DNA from: a virus
Lineage: Duplodnaviria; Caudoviricetes
Reading direction: 5' to 3' (one strand)
DNA length: 64,000 bases
Virus record (IMG/VR): IMGVR_UViG_3300032247_001802
Span: 7,999 to 71,998 of that record
Shown here: positions 18,724-28,683 of the stretch, piece after piece
Layout of the letters: every line of letters starts with the position of its first letter
How positions within the stretch are numbered: position 1 is the first letter of the stretch
Position numbers and translations under genes: made by a program
Notes under the pieces: generated by a model
Told to the model about the DNA's origin: nothing
What the model saw: only the letters and a program-made list of their open reading frames with translations
Database searches by the model: none

Positions 18724-19530
18724 ATGTTTAATGTATATTCTATAGAAAATCAGAACTTTTATCTAAATGATTCTTTGGTATCTGGTGTGCAGAGTTTAGA
18801 TATTAATTATAATAATAATATTAACCCATCTTTAGCTATAAATGACCCTAATATAAATTACTTGGTAACTAGTCCAGTTGTTGCTAATCTTGATTTAAAT
18901 TATATATTAAGTTCTAATGATAACTTTATAAGTTATACTGGATCTAGACCATTTAGCGGTAAAGTTGAATATGGTAATAATTATTTTACGTTTTCTAGTG
19001 GATATTTAACGAATTATAGTATATCCTATTCTTTTGGTGAGTATCCAATTGTTAGCGTAAAAAATTTGATTTTAGGAGAATTAGGAAATCGATCAGGAGT
19101 ATTCAACTATACTCCAAAAATTTTAAATAATTTTAATGTAGCAGATAATTGTTATGTTGATTTAAACTTAAAAGAAGCTAATGAAAATAGATTACAAAAT
19201 TTTCAATTAAATATAGATATTCCAAGACAAGCAGTTTATACTGTTGGAAATTATCTTCCAGATAATGTTATTATAAAATATCCAATATCTGTATCTTTAA
19301 ACTTTCAATTTTCTATGAGTAATTATAATCAAGAAAAAATTACAAATATACTAACTGGGATCAGTCAAAGAAATTTAAACTTATCTTTTAGAAAATACAA
19401 TACCAATGATTCAATATTATCGTTTAATTTATCTAATTTAATTAATAGTCAAACTCAATTAAATTATGGTATTTCTGACGATGCAAAATTAAATCTTAGT
19501 TTTCAGACATATATATTGAGTGGTTTATAA
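18724..19530 (+). CDS. Tail tube paralogue (baseplate/initiator tube protein-like)
   Basis: Aligns by eye with ORF 759..1907: GYLTNYSISYSFGEYP vs AFLTSYSTEGSVGNFP; RQAVYTVGN...IKYPISVSL vs RTPIQRLGN...IDFPLTVTL. Confidence 0.65.
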   Translation: MFNVYSIENQNFYLNDSLVSGVQSLDINYNNNINPSLAINDPNINYLVTSPVVANLDLNYILSSNDNFISYTGSRPFSGKVEYGNNYFTFSSGYLTNYSISYSFGEYPIVSVKNLILGELGNRSGVFNYTPKILNNFNVADNCYVDLNLKEANENRLQNFQLNIDIPRQAVYTVGNYLPDNVIIKYPISVSLNFQFSMSNYNQEKITNILTGISQRNLNLSFRKYNTNDSILSFNLSNLINSQTQLNYGISDDAKLNLSFQTYILSGL

Positions 19531-19570
19531 AAATTAGAATATTTGTATTTATTATATAATAATATTATAT

Positions 19571-19861
19571 ATGTATTTACCTAAAAAGTGCTTTAAATCA
19601 AGAATACTTTTAAATACTATACTTAAAGATGATGCATCATTTGATTCTTTAAAAAATAAATTTCCAGAAATTTTAGGAGATTTAACTAGCGCTAGAATTA
19701 ATCCATCGTGCTCTTGTGTTAATAAAGTTAAGCTTTATTTAATATCAAAAATAAAAAAGGAAAAAGAATATTTTAATTTTTTTTTTAAAAATAATAATCT
19801 TAGATTAAAATTAATAAAAATCATAAAATCTGAAAATGATAAATTAAGAAAGATTAATTAA
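19571..19861 (+). CDS. Hypothetical basic protein with NPSCSC motif
   Basis: 96-aa ORF; stop abuts the next ATG. Confidence 0.6.
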   Translation: MYLPKKCFKSRILLNTILKDDASFDSLKNKFPEILGDLTSARINPSCSCVNKVKLYLISKIKKEKEYFNFFFKNNNLRLKLIKIIKSENDKLRKIN

Positions 19862-20158
19862 ATGTTTTATTATTTTTTTATTTATTTATTTTTATGTTTA
19901 GCTGTATCTTATTGTTGGAGCGATACGGATATTGTTAGACCAATTAGAAATTTAATAGCTAAAATACCTTATATGAATAAATCTTTACTTTGTCATGAAT
20001 GCTCTAGTTTTTGGATATCTTTAATGATTAGCATTTTTATAAATCCATTACAACAATTGACTTACCCAATTTTAAGCAATATTCTAAGTGCTTTTTGTGG
20101 ATTTTTTATTAATTTTTACTTTGTAAGAAATCAATTAATTAAATATAAAGATTATTAA
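19862..20158 (+). CDS. Small membrane protein with CxxC motif (DUF1360-like)
   Basis: Hydrophobic helices flanking LLCHECSSFW. Confidence 0.55.
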   Translation: MFYYFFIYLFLCLAVSYCWSDTDIVRPIRNLIAKIPYMNKSLLCHECSSFWISLMISIFINPLQQLTYPILSNILSAFCGFFINFYFVRNQLIKYKDY

Positions 20159-20979
20159 TCTTTAATTTTCTTAATTCGATCTATCAGTTCAAATAGTTTA
20201 ACTTTAGGTATATCTGAGATAGAATTGAGATTTTCTGCATTATCAAAATTATCTTTAATTAGTCTTTTTTTTAGTGCTTCAAAATTAACATTCTTTTCTT
20301 TCATGACTTTTTCAAGTAATGATTGTGGAGAAGTCGGATTTTCATTTCCAGAAGAAGAATCATCAAGAAGCTTTGCATCTCCAAGTTCTTCTTGAGAAAC
20401 AATATTAATCTTTAAGAAGTTTCGCACGCAACGCACAAATGCTCTATTCTCAGCGATTGCAGCTAAGAAGAATCTGGCGAAACTCTTTGTATTATTTAAA
20501 GTGGCATCAGCAAGCGATTCAAAAACCACCTCTTTTCCGCCAGTTTCATAATTTGGTAGCCAAGTAATTCTACAGCTTGTTGCGAAATAATTTTCAGAAG
20601 CTGCAACTACTTTATATTCAACGCTAGTATATCCCCTAATTTGAGCTAGCTCTTTAATTCCACCTAAAAGTATAAGAAGATCTTTGTCTTGAAGTTTTGA
20701 AACATCTGTTTCTTGAGTTTTTTGTCTATTAGGAACAAGATGTTCGACTTTAACCATCTTACGCCAATTAATTGTGCCGTCATCATTAAATACATAATTT
20801 AAAGTTTGATCTTCAATCAGGCCATATTTATTTCTAGTTACTAACTTTGGAGGAGTAACTTGAGGTGTTGGAGCTGTTACATTTTCAATTTGGACATTTA
20901 ATTTATTATCAATAACATTAAATAATTCTGAACTACCAATTGAAACTGTATTTTCTTCTGATTTGATTTTTGGGCTCAT
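20155..20979 (-). CDS. Putative single-strand DNA annealing protein (Rad52/ERF/RecT-like)
   Basis: LLGGIKELAQIRG...AENRAFVRCVRNFL pattern typical of phage annealing proteins; replication neighbourhood. Confidence 0.5.
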   Translation of the reverse strand: MSPKIKSEENTVSIGSSELFNVIDNKLNVQIENVTAPTPQVTPPKLVTRNKYGLIEDQTLNYVFNDDGTINWRKMVKVEHLVPNRQKTQETDVSKLQDKDLLILLGGIKELAQIRGYTSVEYKVVAASENYFATSCRITWLPNYETGGKEVVFESLADATLNNTKSFARFFLAAIAENRAFVRCVRNFLKINIVSQEELGDAKLLDDSSSGNENPTSPQSLLEKVMKEKNVNFEALKKRLIKDNFDNAENLNSISDIPKVKLFELIDRIKKIKD

Positions 20980-20985
20980 TTAACA

Positions 20986-21014
20986 ATGATACTACGTATT
21001 GTATGTTAAGTCAA
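20986..21014 (-). promoter_or_regulatory. Sigma70-type promoter TTGACT-17-TATCAT (predicted +1 = A of ATG 20979)
   Basis: Direct reading of hexamers and spacing. Confidence 0.7.
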
Positions 21015-22157
21015 CTTAAAAATATAAAAATTATCTGCCTCTTTCCAAAATTCAATATCATCTACTACTTTATTGCCAGTTCCATTTAACCAGTCGTATT
21101 TCGAAATATTTTTCCCTTTAGAGGAATATAATGTTCGTGAGGAATTATAATAAAGATTGTTAATATTTGATATTTTAGCATCTTCTTTAGTCTTATGCTT
21201 CCTATTAACGATTAAATTATAATCCATATAATCAATTTTAAATTTATTTAAAACTTCTTCTGGTAGAAATGATAGTAGAACATAATTAATAGAATTACTC
21301 TTTAATAATTTAACGAAATTTACGCTATTATTTTCTTCGATAATATAGATTAATTGATTAATATTTTGCTTATATTTTTCAATTATATCTTTTTTGATAG
21401 GTTTATTAGTGAAAATTATGCTTTTTCTTTGAGATAGAATTGATTCTAAAGCTTCTTCATTGAAAGAGTAATCTAATCTAATAATTGGATTTTCAACTGG
21501 TATTGAACTAAGATCTAGGGGTTGATCTGGTATAATTTCAAAACTTTTAACATTAAAATCTTGACCAATAAATATTGTTTCTGGCATTTTTGGAAATTCA
21601 ATATTCAATAATTTTAATATGCCTTCTGCAATTTCTTCTGGTTTTATAGTATCAATAGATTTAGGATTCTCTACTTGCGAATAAGATGGTTTTTTATTAC
21701 CAATTCTCTCGTACCCTTTTAATAAAATATGGTTATCTTTGTTTCCGAAATGTGGCCCTGCAACGCTAGGATTACTAATACTATATAATGAAACAATAGG
21801 GAGATCAAAACTTGAAGCTAAATGTACACAAAAACTATCCGCTCCAAAATGTAATTTAGAATTTTGAATAACATAAGCTAATTGATTTATATTAGTTTGA
21901 CCTATTAAGTTAATTGCTCCATTTAATGGTTTTTCATCTTTTGTTCCTACTTGAATAATTTGAATATTAGCTTTTAATAATAATGGTTGTATCAAATTGA
22001 TGACTTCTTGCCAATAAGAGTAATTTCTAGAATCATAAGGAGTTTGGGCTTGGATAGTTATATAAGCTTGTAGTGGAAGTGGAAAATATTTTGTATATAT
22101 AAATGGTTTATCTATTTTTGATCCTGTGTTCGTGGCGTATGTATCTAAAAGTCTCAT
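21006..22157 (-). CDS. Glycosyltransferase family 9-like protein (C-terminal GT-B domain plus extra domain)
   Basis: SRNYSYWQEVI, IIQVG, LAYVIQNSKLHFGADSFCVHLA, VSLY resemble the heptosyltransferase C-domain. Confidence 0.6.
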   Translation of the reverse strand: MRLLDTYATNTGSKIDKPFIYTKYFPLPLQAYITIQAQTPYDSRNYSYWQEVINLIQPLLLKANIQIIQVGTKDEKPLNGAINLIGQTNINQLAYVIQNSKLHFGADSFCVHLASSFDLPIVSLYSISNPSVAGPHFGNKDNHILLKGYERIGNKKPSYSQVENPKSIDTIKPEEIAEGILKLLNIEFPKMPETIFIGQDFNVKSFEIIPDQPLDLSSIPVENPIIRLDYSFNEEALESILSQRKSIIFTNKPIKKDIIEKYKQNINQLIYIIEENNSVNFVKLLKSNSINYVLLSFLPEEVLNKFKIDYMDYNLIVNRKHKTKEDAKISNINNLYYNSSRTLYSSKGKNISKYDWLNGTGNKVVDDIEFWKEADNFYIFKLT

Positions 22158-22171
22158 CTATTTATAATATA

Positions 22172-24088
22172 TTAAGTTAATTGAAATTCTACTTTATCTA
22201 AACCATTGTGAAGATAATTTAAATTTCTTTGAGTACAAGTATACGGCAAATAAGCAATATTAAAATATCCATCATGTTGATTATTACCTTCTAACCAAAT
22301 TAGATTATCCATCATTGAGTTGTATTCAATCCATCTATGAACATACGGATTACCATCTAAAATGTCTTTATACTGTGGTTTCGTAGCAACGTATAAATTA
22401 TAATCTGGATATCTATTTTTAATAGATTTGAATAACGCTGTGCTTAGGAAAATATCTCCAGCACTTTCTGGCATAACATAAATCACTCTACCCTTATCGT
22501 TTTGATCTAAAAGATCTTCAAATTTTATTTGTTTACTTTGCTCGCTTTCTTTTAAAGCTACGTTTCTAAAATAATTTTCTATATCTTGTTTTTTTGTCCC
22601 TTTATTTAATTCATTCATCCAGTATAAATATCCCGAATCATTTTTATCAACACTCTTCATTTTAAGAATATTATGATACATAAATAATATCCAATCGCCA
22701 TCATCTGCAATATTAGGTATTTGACAATATGGATCTTTTTTATCTTCAGAATTTTCTAAAATTTTAGTCCAATCCGCAAATGGTTGTTCGTCTATAAATT
22801 CTTCTATAGATTTTCCTACATTTTGAATACCAAAATTTTTGATAGTCCATTCTCTGGATTTTTTTCCCATTTCAAGTCTTTTATGTTCTGGCATTTTATA
22901 TACAATATTTAATTGTTTAGCTATTGATTCTGGATAGGTGGAAGCTTTTATAAATTCCGTACCATGTTCTCTATATTCATTCCACTCCAAAGCGAGAGAG
23001 TTGGCTTCTGGCTCGCACATTTCTTCTCCACAACTATAATTCGTAACAAGAGTGATGAGTTCAGTTAATTTCGCTTCTTGAATTGGTATTTCTTGTCCAC
23101 CGCTTGTAAATGGGTGACAATAAACATCCATGAAATTATAAACTTCATTTAATTGTTGTTCCGTCACTCCAACGGATACATTTGTTGTAGTTTGACTTTT
23201 TTGCGTACCACAAAACTTACAATCTGTATCTAATCCAGAAAATCGCTTAATTTGATATTCTCCGCAATTTTTGCAAACATGAGTTGTCAATATTTCATTA
23301 TGATCCACTCCAAATTCTGAAGCAAGTTTATGAATATTCCAACCTTCTCCCCAATGAGTATGTAAAAGAAGATATGTATTTTTAATTTCTGGATTATTCT
23401 TTTTCCATAGAGCATAACCTTGTAATAAATTTGGAACACTTTTTCTTAATTGATTTCTAAAAACAAATCCAATTATAAATGCATCTTGTGGGATATTATG
23501 TTTTTTTCTAAGTTGATTTCTATCAAAATCTGATAAACGATAAAATTCCTTATCTTCGAGAGAGCCATGCATAGTCTTGACATGACTATATCCAAGCTTA
23601 TGTAAAGCTTTTGTGGCAAAATTACTCCAAATCCAATAATTCTTAATTTTTGGGGCACTTGTAACAGCAGATTGAAGAATGGGAAGAGAATCTAATGTAG
23701 TCCAAATTACGGATGTAATTTTATTAAACCAAGATTTTTCGATAGCAAAATCTACTCCCCAAATATCTTGAACAGCAATATAAACATCTGGTTTTTCATC
23801 GCCAATTATTTTATCCAGAAGGTGTGCACCATAACTTGCCATTCGAGCTAAATTAGGATCTCTGTTTAATTGATCTAATTCTTGCTGAGTATTAGGCAAA
23901 GAACCTACTGTTTTCCAAGGAGTTTTTTTGAACTCTGGATGATCGTAAGTCATTCCACACGAATAGTGAACTAGATCATATTTATTTGTAGAATATAAAT
24001 ATTTAAGTAAAGTTTTAGCATTTCTTCCAAAACCAGTTTTGGCTAAAGAAAAATCTGTTTGTATTAAAACTTTCTTTTTTCGTTCCAT
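22172..24088 (-). CDS. Multidomain GT-B (GT4-like) glycosyltransferase
   Basis: TGFG N-terminus, FRNQLRK, HPFTSGGQEIPIQEA donor motif; CxxC...CxxC insertion; C-terminal GT9 N-domain-like segment (AGDIFLSTALFKSIKNRYPD). Confidence 0.75.
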   Translation of the reverse strand: MERKKKVLIQTDFSLAKTGFGRNAKTLLKYLYSTNKYDLVHYSCGMTYDHPEFKKTPWKTVGSLPNTQQELDQLNRDPNLARMASYGAHLLDKIIGDEKPDVYIAVQDIWGVDFAIEKSWFNKITSVIWTTLDSLPILQSAVTSAPKIKNYWIWSNFATKALHKLGYSHVKTMHGSLEDKEFYRLSDFDRNQLRKKHNIPQDAFIIGFVFRNQLRKSVPNLLQGYALWKKNNPEIKNTYLLLHTHWGEGWNIHKLASEFGVDHNEILTTHVCKNCGEYQIKRFSGLDTDCKFCGTQKSQTTTNVSVGVTEQQLNEVYNFMDVYCHPFTSGGQEIPIQEAKLTELITLVTNYSCGEEMCEPEANSLALEWNEYREHGTEFIKASTYPESIAKQLNIVYKMPEHKRLEMGKKSREWTIKNFGIQNVGKSIEEFIDEQPFADWTKILENSEDKKDPYCQIPNIADDGDWILFMYHNILKMKSVDKNDSGYLYWMNELNKGTKKQDIENYFRNVALKESEQSKQIKFEDLLDQNDKGRVIYVMPESAGDIFLSTALFKSIKNRYPDYNLYVATKPQYKDILDGNPYVHRWIEYNSMMDNLIWLEGNNQHDGYFNIAYLPYTCTQRNLNYLHNGLDKVEFQLT

Positions 24089-24633
24089 TACCAGAGTTCG
24101 CTATCTTCTTCTTGATTACTTTCGCCAGCTTCTTTGGTTTCTTTTGTTGAATTTTTTGCTTTCTTAATAGCTTCAATTCGTTGAGCTTCAAAAACAGAAT
24201 TTAAAGAATAGGTTAAAAATTCTTTTAATAGTCTTGCTTCATTAAAATAAAAACCAATCAAATAAGATTGTTTGTTTTCAACATTTTGCTTATCTTCTTT
24301 ATTAACACTATATGAAAAGCCAACTTGCTTTTCATCTCTAATATAAGGAGCTAGTTTAATTTTTGTAATTTGTTTTTCAGAAGTATGATAAGCTGAAAAT
24401 TCTGTGTTTCTTTCTAGAGCATCAAGAAGTCCAGCTGCTTCTGTAAGTGAAAATTTAACCTTAACACTTTTATTTGGATTATTTTGGTTATCTGAAAAAG
24501 ATCCGATCTTTTTAGCATCATTCCAAGAACTTTGCTTGATTAATGATCCCCATACTGAATTATCTTTTGAATTTACGCTGAAACTACAAGCTGTGCCTGT
24601 ATTCTTGCTATTTGGTTTATAAAATGATATCAT
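24088..24633 (-). CDS. Hypothetical protein, possibly ssDNA-binding
   Basis: Beta-rich 181 aa with acidic C-terminal tail (EEDSELW), directly downstream of dnaE; fold not verified. Confidence 0.35.
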   Translation of the reverse strand: MISFYKPNSKNTGTACSFSVNSKDNSVWGSLIKQSSWNDAKKIGSFSDNQNNPNKSVKVKFSLTEAAGLLDALERNTEFSAYHTSEKQITKIKLAPYIRDEKQVGFSYSVNKEDKQNVENKQSYLIGFYFNEARLLKEFLTYSLNSVFEAQRIEAIKKAKNSTKETKEAGESNQEEDSELW

Positions 24634-24641
24634 ATTACTTT

Positions 24642-24670
24642 ATGTTACTATCTATATTTAGAAATGTCAA
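24642..24670 (-). promoter_or_regulatory. Sigma70-type promoter TTGACA-17-TAACAT
   Basis: Predicted +1 about 24635, ATG at 24633. Confidence 0.65.
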
Positions 24671-27249
24671 TTATTTTTATCTGTCTTTTTTAAGTCATTT
24701 AATTTCATATAAATTTGATGATCTTGAATAGCTATCAAGTCGCCAAATATACAATCATCTCTCTTTGAACCCTTGGCAATAACAATATTTCCTTCTTCAA
24801 AAGCTTTATTATTTAATAGTTTATTATTCTCAATATTATCATTGAATATTAATACGCTAATTGAACTGGTTTCATCTGATATTTTTAATCTTACATATCT
24901 TGTTTTCTTTTCATTTTTTGATACGCCAGTATATACTTCTTCTATTTGACCAACAAATGCTACTTTGCTATTAACTGGTTCATCTATAATATCGCTAATA
25001 TATTTAAGATTTTCTCTCTTCTCAGCGAAAATATCTCTTAGATTTTTATTGTAGGTATATCCCAAAAGTTTCTTTTCATAATACCAGTTAGCAAAACTTT
25101 CACTTTTACTATTTTGGTTATAGATTTCAAGATATGGCGCATATTTTGCTTTAATAGTATTTAGTCTTGCATCTTTAATAACTAAATGATTCTTTTCGTC
25201 AGTAAATTTATTAAGATGCTTAATAATTTTAATTAAGTCATAATCAAACTTATCTGCGAATGAAATTGAATATTTCTTCTCTTTAGCAGTTAAAATATTC
25301 CACAATTGAGCTTCTAGTACGATTTTACTTCTAGACTGATTAAAACCACTCAATGCTCCTGCTTGAATTAAGGAAGATAATACTCCAATATTAAGATTAG
25401 CTTCTTCGGCTGCTTGGAAAATTTCAAACTTATTAGAATACTTGTTTCTAAAGCTATTTAGTTTCTCGATAGATTTATCACTAATACCTTTGATTGACAA
25501 TAATCCGAATCTAATATCTTTATCTTCTGTTGAGAAGTCCATTTCTGATTTAATAATATGCGGAGGAAGAAGTTTAATATCAAATTCATGCATTTCTTTT
25601 TGAATCTTAGAAATTTCACCAATTGGGTCTGGTTCGTTTCTGCTCATTTTTAATAAAGATAAAAAGAATTGTTGAGGATAATTGAATTTTAAATAAATTG
25701 TAACTGCGGCTAAAGCTGCATAAGCAAGTGAATGACTCTTATTAAATGAGTAATTCGCAGAGTCTTCTAGAATCTTCCATAGAATTTCTCCTACTTCTTT
25801 TGGTATTTTATTTTCTTTAATCTTTGATTCAATCTTCTTTTTCCAAGCTTTGATCTCTTCGGTTTTCTTTTTACCTACGATTCTTCTTAAGATTTCTGCT
25901 TCATCCAAAGTAAATCCAATTTTATTCGCCATCTTCATCAATTGCTCTTGATACAACGCTACTCCACCAGTTTGCTTTAGAATATCATCAAAGAATGGAT
26001 GAATACTTTCTGATTGTTGATAATTTGTATGGGCAGCATATTTATCTACGAATTGTAATGCTCCAGGTCTTGCTAGAGCTAGTACTCCACTAAGTTCTTC
26101 GAGATTCTTTGGTTTTACTTTTTGGCAAACTCTAAAATTAGTTTCTGCTTCGATTTGAAACAAGCCATGAGGGGATTTTAAGTCTTGTAGATTTCTATAG
26201 ATAGATTCATGATTTAAATCAATATCTTCTACTTTAATACCAATATTTTTACAAACATCATCCACTACCGAAACACTTCTTAATCCTAAGATATCAAGTT
26301 TAATATTAAATAAACTAACCCAATTCATATCAAAACTTGAAACTGGTTCTTTATCAGAAGAAAATTCTGTTGGACATACTGTTTCTAAATCGTAATAAGA
26401 AAGAAGAACTCCAGATGGATGAACTCCTTTGTTTTTAATTAAATCTCTTAACTTTAAAGCAATTTGAAATGTTTCTTTATTCTCATCGCACCAATCTTTA
26501 AATTTTTCTACTTCTTCATATGCAGTATTAATATCTTTAACTTGGCCGAATACTTTTGGAATTAAAGAAGATATATTAGTCATTTCTTCTTCTGTCTTTT
26601 CTCCAACGATTTTACCACATTCTTTAATTAAGAGTTTTCCACTCAAAGTATTAAGAGTTAAGATTTTGCTAGTTTTGCCTTTGAATTTAGATTCTAAATA
26701 CTGTAATACTTTTTGACGATTATAATAACAAATATCCAAATCAACGTCGCACATCAAACTACCATCAAGATATGTTATGTCATCAATAACTTGCTTTTTA
26801 GCTCGAATCTTGGATATAAATCTTTCGAAATAAAGATCATACTTAACTGGATCAATTCTAGTTACGCCAATTAGATAAAGAATAAGTGAACCAGCAGCTG
26901 AACCTCTACCTAGACCAACTGGTATATTATTTGTTTTACAGAAATTAATAACATCCCATACCAATAACACATAATCTGTAAATCCTAGTTCTTTTAATGT
27001 TTCAAGTTCGTATTTTGCTCTATCAATATATTTCTTGTACTCTTTATTATCTTTTTCTATCTTTAAATCCTTAAAGCCATTTAACGCTAATGCTCTAAGA
27101 AAATCATAATTAGAAACATCTTCGCTAATATTAAGATGTCTTTTTAAAGATCCATCAATATTAAACTCTGGAAGTCTGACTCCATGTAATCCAAGGTCAG
27201 TAGTCGTGAACTTACTAGAAAATAATTCGTCTTTTAAAATATTACTCAT
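24667..27249 (-). CDS. dnaE: DNA polymerase III alpha subunit, catalytic part lacking the PHP domain
   Basis: GRGSAAGSL, DVDLD, HPSG, KLDILGL, FQIE, RPG, YQEQLM, YSFNKSHS motifs and C-terminal OB fold; start set at ATG 27249 overlapping the upstream stop (track gives TTG 27270). Confidence 0.93.
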   Translation of the reverse strand: MSNILKDELFSSKFTTTDLGLHGVRLPEFNIDGSLKRHLNISEDVSNYDFLRALALNGFKDLKIEKDNKEYKKYIDRAKYELETLKELGFTDYVLLVWDVINFCKTNNIPVGLGRGSAAGSLILYLIGVTRIDPVKYDLYFERFISKIRAKKQVIDDITYLDGSLMCDVDLDICYYNRQKVLQYLESKFKGKTSKILTLNTLSGKLLIKECGKIVGEKTEEEMTNISSLIPKVFGQVKDINTAYEEVEKFKDWCDENKETFQIALKLRDLIKNKGVHPSGVLLSYYDLETVCPTEFSSDKEPVSSFDMNWVSLFNIKLDILGLRSVSVVDDVCKNIGIKVEDIDLNHESIYRNLQDLKSPHGLFQIEAETNFRVCQKVKPKNLEELSGVLALARPGALQFVDKYAAHTNYQQSESIHPFFDDILKQTGGVALYQEQLMKMANKIGFTLDEAEILRRIVGKKKTEEIKAWKKKIESKIKENKIPKEVGEILWKILEDSANYSFNKSHSLAYAALAAVTIYLKFNYPQQFFLSLLKMSRNEPDPIGEISKIQKEMHEFDIKLLPPHIIKSEMDFSTEDKDIRFGLLSIKGISDKSIEKLNSFRNKYSNKFEIFQAAEEANLNIGVLSSLIQAGALSGFNQSRSKIVLEAQLWNILTAKEKKYSISFADKFDYDLIKIIKHLNKFTDEKNHLVIKDARLNTIKAKYAPYLEIYNQNSKSESFANWYYEKKLLGYTYNKNLRDIFAEKRENLKYISDIIDEPVNSKVAFVGQIEEVYTGVSKNEKKTRYVRLKISDETSSISVLIFNDNIENNKLLNNKAFEEGNIVIAKGSKRDDCIFGDLIAIQDHQIYMKLNDLKKTDKNN

Positions 27250-27460
27250 CGTCTTCATCTTGTTTATCAATATTATCTATTTCTTTATTAAAAGCAGCTA
27301 ATCCAGTTGCTAATATTTTCATGGATGCTTTATCTTTTAAACTAAAAAATACGTCTGCTTTACCTTGTTTCTTACCTTTTTGGACAGTAATAAGTAAATA
27401 TTCTATTCCACCATCTTCTAGTTTTTGAATTATATCATAAATATCGTCTAATGATGCCAT
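27242..27460 (-). CDS. Hypothetical protein (72 aa)
   Basis: ATG start 1 nt after the exonuclease stop; stop overlaps the dnaE start. Confidence 0.65.
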   Translation of the reverse strand: MASLDDIYDIIQKLEDGGIEYLLITVQKGKKQGKADVFFSLKDKASMKILATGLAAFNKEIDNIDKQDEDDE

Positions 27461-27461
27461 A

Positions 27462-28100
27462 TTATACCTCTAGTTGCCATTTCAATTTATTCCATACTTT
27501 TAAATTCAAGTCAAGATCATTAATAGCATCATGAAGTTTTTCGTAATCATGTTCTATTCCATTTTCTTTACCCAAGAAGGTTAAAGAACTTTTAACATTC
27601 TTTTTTCTAGTATGAAGAATTTTATATTGATATTCAGTTAAGTTATCTTTTGAATTGTAAGGCATCTCATATTTTATACCTCTTGCGATTGCGTTTGTAT
27701 CAATAAATTTACTTACAAGATGATCCCAATTGCAACCCATGTATTTATAATACTCTTTTATAAGATAAATGTCAAATCCAAGGGTATTGTGACCAATAAT
27801 ATAATCTGCATTGTCTAGCCAATCTTTAATTGTTGGAAATATTTCCTTGGGATCAAAACCTTCTTTTTGAACTTTCTTATGGTCATATCTGGTGATTCTA
27901 GCTGCATCTTGACTAATCTTTAAATCTGTTTGCCATTTTAAATAAAAATTCTTTTGATCAATTTTCTTATCACCTTGAACTTTAAGCATAGCAATTTGCC
28001 AAGGAAGATTGTGGCAAAAGTTTAAACAAAGATTGAATGTTTCACAATCTATAAAAACCAAAGTCTTATTCTTATCATATCTTAAGAGATGTTCGTCCAT
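27462..28100 (-). CDS. DEDDh 3'-5' exonuclease (Pol III epsilon-like)
   Basis: FIDCETF, GHN..GFD, IDT and HDA..D motifs; lies between the two Pol III alpha parts. Confidence 0.85.
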   Translation of the reverse strand: MDEHLLRYDKNKTLVFIDCETFNLCLNFCHNLPWQIAMLKVQGDKKIDQKNFYLKWQTDLKISQDAARITRYDHKKVQKEGFDPKEIFPTIKDWLDNADYIIGHNTLGFDIYLIKEYYKYMGCNWDHLVSKFIDTNAIARGIKYEMPYNSKDNLTEYQYKILHTRKKNVKSSLTFLGKENGIEHDYEKLHDAINDLDLNLKVWNKLKWQLEV

Positions 28101-28103
28101 ATA

Positions 28104-28682
28104 TTATACGTCAATTATAAATGATTGTTGTTTTCTATTCAAGATTTTATGTCTTTCATAAAAATCATCTGGAATTTTTTGGTTTCTTATTTTATAATGC
28201 CATCTTAAGTGGGCTGGTTTATTTTGATAAAGCCATTTATTATTATCTTTAGTTAAATTATAAAGATAAAAATGCATTAAATCCTTGGAAAATGCTACAA
28301 TAATAGATGGTGCGCCAGCTTTATTTGCGATAAACACACTCAACTTGCCTTGCCCCTGATTTCTATATCTTGTAACAATTGATTTAAAAAAATTAAGTGA
28401 TGGTCTAGTTTCAATAGTGGTTTTCCATTCTTGATCATCTATCATTTCGACATCATATCTTGACTGATAGTTATTTATTAAAGTAAGCTCAAGTCCAGCA
28501 ACAATAGTTGGCACTCTAGGTCTTTCATATTTTACGCACATTAAATCTACGTCAATTGAATAAAGGCTATCTTCATCATAAAGCATATTTTTATAATCAT
28601 AGGATCTATCTTCCCTACTTTGTATTTGTCTTGCTTTATTGCCATACTGATTGACAATTACTTCTGGATTTTGAATTTTCAT
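28104..28682 (-). CDS. Hypothetical protein, weak PD-(D/E)XK-like pattern
   Basis: SIDVD...IVAGLELT; start set at ATG 28682, 1 nt after the PHP stop. Confidence 0.45.
   Translation of the reverse strand: MKIQNPEVIVNQYGNKARQIQSREDRSYDYKNMLYDEDSLYSIDVDLMCVKYERPRVPTIVAGLELTLINNYQSRYDVEMIDDQEWKTTIETRPSLNFFKSIVTRYRNQGQGKLSVFIANKAGAPSIIVAFSKDLMHFYLYNLTKDNNKWLYQNKPAHLRWHYKIRNQKIPDDFYERHKILNRKQQSFIIDV
28114..28142 (-). promoter_or_regulatory. Sigma70-type promoter TTGAAT-17-TATAAT
   Basis: Upstream of the exonuclease ATG 28100. Confidence 0.55.
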
Positions 28683-28683
28683 A

